From positions 1 to 64,000 of IMG/VR virus record IMGVR_UViG_3300017989_000082: a stretch of DNA of 64,000 nt; one strand, 5' to 3'. A model generated the notes under the pieces. The model had not been told where the DNA came from. It made no database searches and saw nothing but the letters and a program-made list of their open reading frames with translations. Positions 8,597-15,073 of this stretch are shown piece by piece. A program made the translations under genes and the position numbers. Numbering within the stretch: the first letter of the stretch is position 1; every line of letters begins with the position of its first letter. Origin of the DNA: a virus.

Positions 8597-8640
8597 AGGG
8601 GCGTCTCAGGCTGCTCAGGATGCCCTTAGACGCCTTTTTT
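8597..8640 (+). terminator. Intrinsic terminator
   Basis: AGGGGCGTCT/AGACGCCTTT stem plus T-run. Confidence 0.6.
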
Positions 8641-8701
8641 CTTAAAATAGGTACTCAAGCCCGCCTAGAAGGCTCGAAGGCTTTAAAACGGCTCTACGTG
8701 G

Positions 8702-8818
8702 CTCGTAATACGCCTGACTCGTAACACGTAAGACTCGTAATATATATTTCGTACTTAAAGAGTTACGAGAAAGAGCTAGATTACGAGTTACGAGCTAGAT
8801 TACGAGTTACGAGCTAGA
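8702..8818. repeat. Cluster of CTCGTAA motifs (3 forward at 16-bp period, then 5 reverse)
   Basis: CTCGTAA at 8702, 8718, 8734; TTACGAG at 8763, 8781, 8788, 8800, 8807. Includes a 19-bp tandem duplication. Confidence 0.85.
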
Positions 8819-8842
8819 CCTCCTACCCGATAAGATTACCCT

Positions 8843-8880
8843 ATGACTCTTTTTGCTTATCTTTTGCCGCAGATTGTCAC
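8843..8880. promoter_or_regulatory. Putative UAS site pair
   Basis: ATGACT-CTTTT-TGCTTA (8843) and TTGCCG-CAGAT-TGTCAC (8864), 21 bp apart. Confidence 0.55.
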
Positions 8881-8943
8881 AATTAGATATCGCTTGCCGC
8901 TACCTACAACATCCTGCCCCTGTAACGACTAATCTATTCGGGT

Positions 8944-8959
8944 TGGCACAGGAGTTGCA
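8944..8959 (+). promoter_or_regulatory. sigma54 (-24/-12) promoter
   Basis: TGGCACAGGAGTTGCA. Confidence 0.88.
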
Positions 8960-9021
8960 CCCTATATGTGCGTATGGCAGAAGCATTTGTCGTTAACCCG
9001 AAGTAGAAAGGAGACAAAATT

Positions 9022-9390
9022 ATGAATGAGAAGCTTCGTCTTATTGAGCAGGGAAAGCCCACTGGTCGGCTTACGGCTGATGAATGGGCGGTCGTGCTCA
9101 AGGCAATCGAAAAGGGCGAAATCGAAACCGACGGAACCCATGTGGAACGGTTTGATATCCTGATTGATGTTATCAAGGCAAGGGGCTCCTGCCATGACCA
9201 GCCGAATGGCTGTGTCGGTTGTATTATTGATAGGGCAACCGGGGGCGACGAACTTGCCTGTGATGTGGCTGTCTTCGGGCCTATTCATGATATGCTGATT
9301 TACTGGATAACTGGTGTTCGGCCAACTGATGCCGACTTGAGTATTCACAATGACCATATGGCGGGCTGTCGGCAGTATTACGGTGAGTAA
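9022..9390 (+). CDS. Hypothetical protein
   Basis: GAAAGGAG RBS; first gene after a sigma54 promoter. Confidence 0.75.
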   Translation: MNEKLRLIEQGKPTGRLTADEWAVVLKAIEKGEIETDGTHVERFDILIDVIKARGSCHDQPNGCVGCIIDRATGGDELACDVAVFGPIHDMLIYWITGVRPTDADLSIHNDHMAGCRQYYGE

Positions 9391-9444
9391 TCGGGAACAG
9401 GGCGGGCTTGTCCCGCCCTAACCCCAACCAAAAAGGAGAAGACA

Positions 9445-9759
9445 ATGCCGGGAATCAGAATTATTGAGTGGACGGCGAGGGCACACACCAAGAGTGAATG
9501 GGTTGACATTATTACGGAATTCCAGTCGGCCCTGGAGCACGTTGACCAGACACACATCACCTTCAAGATCAACGAGCCCAACCAGCTTGACCCGGAAGAC
9601 AGAATCACTATTAATTGGAAGGAAAGGCGGGGATTCCAGTACCTCAGGGACGGGGCCGGGCACTGGTCCTGTCAGACCTTTGCCAGCCGCGCCTACGAAG
9701 ACCTGATACTGGCCGTATTGGGCGGAGCAGGAGTTAGGTTCCGCATAACCTATAAGTAG
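9445..9759 (+). CDS. Hypothetical protein
   Basis: AAGGAG RBS. Confidence 0.75.
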   Translation: MPGIRIIEWTARAHTKSEWVDIITEFQSALEHVDQTHITFKINEPNQLDPEDRITINWKERRGFQYLRDGAGHWSCQTFASRAYEDLILAVLGGAGVRFRITYK

Positions 9760-10027
9760 GGAGATATAACGATGGCGAAAGAAATAAGAATCCTCAAGGT
9801 GCGGCACATGGGAACCGTCGGTAATGAGATTAAAGCCCAAGCCGATGATTATGAACTCTGTGCCTCTGGCAGGACATGGGCGGAAGCGGTGACGACCCGA
9901 TGATGAATTGGGGGTGGTTTGACGACCTGCCCCAGCCGCTGCCGAAGGCTGATATTATCGCTTCGAAGAAGTAAAACCGGTCCGGGCGGGGGCCAAAAGC
10001 GTCCCCGTCCTAGTGGAAGGAGAAGAT

Positions 10028-10450
10028 ATGTCAGTTACCAAGGTTAATCTTGACCGATGGCTACTGGAAGGTGCGGTAGATAAGTGGTATCAGATATGCT
10101 TTGCTAACGGCGTCGACCGCGGCGGGCAGAACTGCCCTCTGTGTCAACACTACAACGAGTACTGCTGTACGACTACCGACGGAGAGCCCGTCAACTTTAA
10201 CGACCTTATTGACAATAACGAGAATATCCACCGATGCCCCGTCTTCGAAGAGTCAGAGCTGAGTGATTGCCAGAATACTCCGTACGATCAGTGGAACAGA
10301 TACGTTAAGGCTCGGACTACCTGTGCTCGTATAGGCAGAGAAAAACGCTGGGAGGGCTGGAAGGTTTCTGACCTGCGTTCCCTCTACCTCGCCTTTAACG
10401 AATACTGCTACCTTAAACGACTACTGGAAGAAAGGAGCGAAGATGTTTAA
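10028..10450 (+). CDS. Cys-rich hypothetical protein
   Basis: AAGGAG RBS; NCPLCQHY...CPVF...C. Confidence 0.75.
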   Translation: MSVTKVNLDRWLLEGAVDKWYQICFANGVDRGGQNCPLCQHYNEYCCTTTDGEPVNFNDLIDNNENIHRCPVFEESELSDCQNTPYDQWNRYVKARTTCARIGREKRWEGWKVSDLRSLYLAFNEYCYLKRLLEERSEDV

Positions 10451-10655
10451 ACCTCTGATTATAGGCTATAAGTACGAGCAGACCTACTACTTACACAAAA
10501 CAGATGTGTATATGTCTGCTGGTAACGAACCCACCGCGGCTCGGTTCTTCTGTACCCTAGCCTCCCTTCCGACTGCCGTAAGAGCCTACGGGCCTATATA
10601 CGATAAAAACGGTAACGAAGTAGATATAGATCAACTTATCAGAAAACACCTGTAA
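10443..10655 (+). CDS. Hypothetical protein
   Basis: AAGGAG RBS; overlaps the upstream stop codon. Confidence 0.7.
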   Translation: MFKPLIIGYKYEQTYYLHKTDVYMSAGNEPTAARFFCTLASLPTAVRAYGPIYDKNGNEVDIDQLIRKHL

Positions 10656-11289
10656 GGAGAAGAGCTATGTTTCAAATGTGTTTTTAGATCAGATAAACAA
10701 CAACAACAGCGGCTACAATATCAACGAGCATACCTATAAACTATTCGTCGCCTCTATAGATATTTACCCACAAGGCCGTAAATATCTCTACCGCTACTTT
10801 ATAAACCTCGAAGGCGACTACTAAAAATCCGCTCATCCTGAAAAGACTCTCAGCCTGTATTTAAGACCATAGGCTTTTCTTTGAATAGATGCAATAGACG
10901 TACTATACAACACATAATACTATAGACCTCTACCCCTGCTATCATATAAAATACCCCCCCCAACCCCTAGCCCCTCTATATATCTAGAACTTTCTACGAT
11001 GCCCGTAGCCGTTACTCTAGCCCTAAACTAATACCTGAGCCTACCCTAATACAATCGAACGCCTTACGATTGATTTACCTACCCCTAACCAAACCCCTCG
11101 TAACAAATACTACCTCGTAATATACTACACAACTGAGACGTCTGGTTAAGAGCGGGTAGACCTCGTAACGCAGAGCTCTATCAAAGACCTCTATATCTAT
11201 TCATCTATTGCAGACATCTATATCTACCCCTCCAGACTCCTGGTATCTGTGCTCTAATGCCTCTGCCTCCATTACTCTAGTCGGGAAAC

Positions 11290-11510
11290 AATATATATAT
11301 ATATATCACTCTGTCCAGAAATCTAGTCTATTACCACCCCGAAAATCAGGAGAACGACGTCCTCTAATAGTTGGTAGTATCTGATTTATATAAATAATCA
11401 CCAATATCCTGCCCCTTTTCTCTTTTGTCCCCATCTATATCTGTATCGTTATCTTAGCATATACCATCTATATCTGTATCGTTATCTGTATCGTTATTTG
11501 TATCGTTATT
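11290..11510. repeat. (AT)n tract and 12-bp TGTATCGTTATY repeats in a non-coding region
   Basis: ATATATATATATATAT near 11291; CCATCTATATCTGTATCGTTATCT duplicated; TGTATCGTTATY x4. Confidence 0.75.
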
Positions 11511-11710
11511 TTAGGAATAACCTGCTCTTTTCCTCTTTCATCCCCATCTCAAATCTGGCTAAAGAGCTCCACTTATGCAGATATCGTACCAAAAATCCAT
11601 CGGAAGTTATAAAAACTCTAAGATATCGTATAAAAAAGATTATAAAAGTACAAAAAGACGTCAAAGACGTCAGATTATATATTTAGAGTAGATAAGAAGA
11701 TCATAAAAAG

Positions 11711-11748
11711 ATTACAAAAAGAGCCACTAGATTAACAAATAGAGTCAC
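11711..11748. promoter_or_regulatory. Putative UAS site pair
   Basis: ATTACA-AAAAG-AGCCAC (11711) and TTAACA-AATAG-AGTCAC (11732), 21 bp apart. Confidence 0.65.
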
Positions 11749-11810
11749 AGACCCATGTACGATAAGCACAGCCTGGGAACTGCCCCTTGAATAGATTACT
11801 CTTTTACAGT

Positions 11811-11826
11811 TGGCATGGGAGCTGCA
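11811..11826 (+). promoter_or_regulatory. sigma54 (-24/-12) promoter
   Basis: TGGCATGGGAGCTGCA, preceded by AATAGATTACTCTTTTACAGT. Confidence 0.82.
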
Positions 11827-11887
11827 TACTGTATAGGGTGCAGGCAGGTGCGTTTATCGTTTAAATAGAAACAGAAAGGAGAAGATA

Positions 11888-12076
11888 ATGGTATGGAGAG
11901 GGTTAACAGAGTACGTAGTCTACTTCAGGACCGAGCACTGCGGTCCTGAATACGAGGTGGTATCGGGGTCGTTCGACCCCGATAGGGCCAAGGAGATGGC
12001 CGAGCAGCTGACTGAGCGACTGGCTACGCTGGTCGACTGCGGGTGCTGTCTGCCCGCAGTTAAACGAAAGGATTAA
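11888..12076 (+). CDS. Hypothetical protein
   Basis: GAAAGGAG RBS. Confidence 0.7.
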   Translation: MVWRGLTEYVVYFRTEHCGPEYEVVSGSFDPDRAKEMAEQLTERLATLVDCGCCLPAVKRKD

Positions 12077-12080
12077 GATA

Positions 12081-12293
12081 ATGATAGAAAAGATCAAGAG
12101 GGCTGCGTATACTGCTCTTAATCGGAGGGGCGTTGTTCTCGCCCCTACCCCGAAGGAGATTCGATTCCCGCAGTTCGACCCCTGCCGGGCAGTAATGCCT
12201 ATCGCTATTGTAGAGTGGCGAGCGACTGTTAATATGGAAGAGAAGATTCTCACCCATGTTATTATGCCCGGCGATATTTCTTTCCGGACCTAG
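12081..12293 (+). CDS. Hypothetical protein
   Basis: ORF in the operon; AAGGA RBS. Confidence 0.6.
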   Translation: MIEKIKRAAYTALNRRGVVLAPTPKEIRFPQFDPCRAVMPIAIVEWRATVNMEEKILTHVIMPGDISFRT

Positions 12294-12305
12294 AGGAGAA
12301 GATTA

Positions 12306-12512
12306 ATGCTTACAGACAACGATATTTTCATGAGGATCTTAGGCACGGTCTTGCTCTTTACCGTTATTATAGGAGCGGCTATCGTTTGTAAGGCTAACGT
12401 ACAGCTCGGAAGCTACCGAGTGAGATATTTCCCGGCAGACGGCGAGTATTGCGATTGCTATACCAACGAGCTGGGAGAAGAATACTGCGGACCCTGCTAC
12501 TATATAGATTAG
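12306..12512 (+). CDS. Small membrane protein with a Cys-rich tail
   Basis: GAGGAG RBS; one hydrophobic helix; YCDCY...YCGPCY. Confidence 0.7.
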   Translation: MLTDNDIFMRILGTVLLFTVIIGAAIVCKANVQLGSYRVRYFPADGEYCDCYTNELGEEYCGPCYYID

Positions 12513-12662
12513 ACCTGCCTTAACGCCCGCCCGATCAAGAGGCCGCCAGAGGAAGGAGGAAACTGGTGGCTATCCTTCCGTACCGGGTTTGGATATCTAG
12601 GCTCGTAACGCAGGGTTCGCTCTAAGAGGTCGTAATCCTACCTCGTAACCCGATGTCGAAAT

Positions 12663-12866
12663 AAAGATGTCGAAATCGGAGGTCGGGCCTCGTAACCCAG
12701 ACCTCTTTAAAAGATGTCGAATCCGACCTCCTGCCTCGTAACCCGGACGGAAGATAAAGATGTCGAATCCGACCTTCTGCCTCGTAACCCGGACGGAAGA
12801 TAAAGATGTCGAATCCGACCTTCTGCCTCGTAACCCGGACGGAAGATAAAGATGTCGAATCCGAGG
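12663..12866 (+). repeat. 46-bp tandem repeat (3 full, 1 partial and 1 degenerate copy)
   Basis: Unit AAAGATGTCGAATCCGACCTYCTGCCTCGTAACCCGGACGGAAGAT starts at 12710, 12756, 12802 and 12848, with a degenerate copy at 12663. Confidence 0.9.
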
Positions 12867-12898
12867 TCGAAATCGGAGGACCGAGCCCTGGACCCGAG

Positions 12899-12936
12899 GT
12901 GCCGTAAAGAGTCATACGAGTGCCGCTCCTTGTCAC
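12899..12936. promoter_or_regulatory. Putative UAS site pair
   Basis: GTGCCG-TAAAG-AGTCAT (12899) and GTGCCG-CTCCT-TGTCAC (12920), 21 bp apart. The second is nearly identical to the 1785 site. Confidence 0.7.
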
Positions 12937-13169
12937 TTTTCGACCAGATTACTCTTTCAGGAGCTCGTGATATACGAGTCGGGGAAGGACTTCAAGATCG
13001 GACATATGTAATGCCAACTAAGGATGTCTTGGCTGAGGGGGGGGTAGAAAATACACCCTGAACGGCCGTATAAAACAACCGTTTGCCTTTAAATTCAATA
13101 AGTTAGGCAATTGCCTAAAAAATTAGCCCGAAAAGAAAAATGACGAAAAAAGCTTATTTTTTCATGTAT

Positions 13170-13185
13170 TGGCATATGAGTTGCA
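13170..13185 (+). promoter_or_regulatory. sigma54 (-24/-12) promoter
   Basis: TGGCATATGAGTTGCA. Confidence 0.82.
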
Positions 13186-13268
13186 GTATTTACCGCGCAC
13201 ATAAGTTTTACAGGTTGTCAATAATGGCAACCTCAACTAGCCCGCGCCGCGGGCAGAAAGGAAACACC

Positions 13269-14093
13269 ATGCAAGAAAAAATCAAAACGGCAAAGGCAAG
13301 AAAAGAAGAATTGATTTTGAACATTGAAAAAACCGAAAAGGTGCTTTTTGATGCCGCGGCCGCGCTTAAGGTGGCAAAAGGAAAAAGCAAGGTTGCCGCG
13401 CGCAAGGCGCTTAAGGTTGCCGAAAAGAACCATGCGGCCGCGGTTGATGCGGCACGCGCCGCGGGCGTGTTGCCTGCGCCTGAAAACACCGCGGCTGAAA
13501 GTGAAGCAAACACCGCGGCTAAAAAATTGAGTGACGCGCCCGCGCCCGCGGCCGTCAAGGCTCAGGCAATCATTGACGCGGCAGTTGACGCTACGCCCGC
13601 GGTCAAAAAGAAGGTTCAAGAAAAGCTGGCCGAAAGCGCGCCTGAAGTACACGCGGAATATATGAAGCTTGTGGCCGCGGCCGCGCGAATGGGTGAAGCA
13701 ACCCAACCGGTTTTAACACTCAACAATTCACTCATTGAGGTTGAGCGCGGCACAAAAGAAGTTGACGTTAACAACATACCAATTGTGTCAAGCGCGTTCG
13801 GTGCGGTTGAATTTTTGCGGCCACGGCTGAATAATGCCCGCTTCATTCTCACCGCGAAGAACCTAAAAGCGGGCAAGGAAGCTTCAATTCGCATTTTTGA
13901 GCGCGGCCAAACGAAACCTACATCACGCGTGATATTCACCGCACGTTCGGGTGAATTCGGAAGCTCAGCGAAGGAAATGTCAAACATGGGTATTGCCTGT
14001 GAACGCATAACCCATGGTGGGAAATATGGTTATTCAACCGCGTGGGAAAAACTTCAGGCTTTCTACACCGAAAATTTCTGCATCAAGAAATAA
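13269..14093 (+). CDS. Hypothetical protein with Ala/Lys-rich N-terminus and globular C-terminus
   Basis: GAAAGGA RBS before ATG 13269; monocistronic between a sigma54 promoter and a terminator. Confidence 0.8.
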   Translation: MQEKIKTAKARKEELILNIEKTEKVLFDAAAALKVAKGKSKVAARKALKVAEKNHAAAVDAARAAGVLPAPENTAAESEANTAAKKLSDAPAPAAVKAQAIIDAAVDATPAVKKKVQEKLAESAPEVHAEYMKLVAAAARMGEATQPVLTLNNSLIEVERGTKEVDVNNIPIVSSAFGAVEFLRPRLNNARFILTAKNLKAGKEASIRIFERGQTKPTSRVIFTARSGEFGSSAKEMSNMGIACERITHGGKYGYSTAWEKLQAFYTENFCIKK

Positions 14094-14116
14094 ATTTTAG
14101 CCCGCGCCCGCGGTAT

Positions 14117-14153
14117 AACGCGCCTGTTATTTTTTTTTAACAGGCGCGTTTTT
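14117..14153 (+). terminator. Intrinsic terminator
   Basis: Perfect 13-bp stem AACGCGCCTGTTA/TAACAGGCGCGTT followed by Ts. Confidence 0.75.
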
Positions 14154-14156
14154 CTT

Positions 14157-14394
14157 GCCCCTGCCTTGCCACCAGGCTTGCCCCTGCCTTGCCACCAGCA
14201 CGCCACCAGCACGGCCACCAGCACGGCCACCAGCACGGCACCAGCACGCCCACCAGCACGCCCCCTGCCTTGCCACCAGCACGGCACCAGCACGCCCCCT
14301 GCCTTGCCACCAGGCTTGCCACCAGCACGCCCCCTGCACGCCACCAGGCTTGCCACCAGCACGCCCCCTGCCTTGCCACCAGCACGGCACCAGC
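14157..14394 (-). repeat. Tandem array containing 9 exact GCTGGTGG (Chi) octamers and 6 one-mismatch variants, all on the minus strand
   Basis: CCACCAGC at 14192, 14203, 14215, 14227, 14250, 14273, 14319, 14353, 14376; also CCACCAGG x3 and GCACCAGC x3. Confidence 0.85.
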
Positions 14395-14553
14395 TTGACA
14401 GCTTTCACTGGTTAACACCTTTTGACGCGTTGCGTCAAAGTGTCAAAGTGTCAATTTGATTCTCAATATGGGAAAAAATTGTCACATTAATATATGCGCA
14501 TAGCCAAAATGGGCATGGCTGTGATGTGTCCCTCCTCACAAATAATCGCTCTT

Positions 14554-14982
14554 CTCTTTTCAATATCCCACGAGTCTCTTTTCAATATCCCACGAGTCTC
14601 TTTTCAATATCCCACGAGCTTAACAAACTCGCCAAAACCTCGCCAAAACACACTATATTCTCCCCAAAGTAAGTACCTGTCTGCAAAAAAACCGTCCCAA
14701 TTTTTTCAATATCCCCCGAGTATTACCCCTAACAAAACACGCCTAAATACCCCCTAAATAACTTTATAAATGTCCTATGATGTGAATGATGTGAAATTGG
14801 TGTGAATGATGTGAAATGTTTGTCCCCTTTTTAAACCCCTAGCGCATTTATGACGCAATGTGTCCATTAATAAGTGGATGTTAAAAGATTTCACATACCC
14901 CCACATACCCCCACCCTATCTCCCTTTTGTTTCATTTATTATGGACTAATTATGGACTAATTATGGACTAATTATGGACCAA
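14554..14982. repeat. Iteron-like short tandem repeats
   Basis: 22-bp CTCTTTTCAATATCCCACGAGT x3 (14554-14618) plus a variant near 14703; TGATGTGAA repeats near 14780; CACATACCCC x2; 11-bp TTATGGACYAA x4 (14939-14982). Confidence 0.85.
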
Positions 14983-15001
14983 TTATCAAAGACTTATTTA
15001 T

Positions 15002-15031
15002 TTGACAAGCCGTCCAATTTACGGGTATTAT
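15002..15031 (+). promoter_or_regulatory. sigma70 promoter
   Basis: TTGACA-18-TATTAT. Confidence 0.65.
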
Positions 15032-15073
15032 ATTTCATTATTACAGACATATATTTAATGCGCCCTGGAAGTT

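Noticed and set aside
9771-9974. Selenocysteine or stop-codon recoding at TGATGA
   Set aside because: The following short ORF is in another frame and overlaps the stop. TGA, TAA and TAG all act as stops in long genes, so a split or decayed gene is more likely.
12663-12866. CRISPR array
   Set aside because: Units are contiguous and near-identical with no unique spacers, and no cas genes are visible.
1785-12936. Palindromes as matS or CRP sites
   Set aside because: Spacing differs from matS (GTGAC-N3-GTCAC) and CRP (TGTGA-N6-TCACA), and their position tracks the sigma54 promoters.
13001-13016. Ninth sigma54 promoter on the minus strand (TGGCATTACATATGTC)
   Set aside because: It lacks the -12 GC and no credible gene lies downstream.
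14063-14459. Several overlapping ORFs (WWQGRG / PPARH repeats) or a mini-CRISPR
   Set aside because: These are translations of the tandem repeat in many frames, with no RBS and no spacers.
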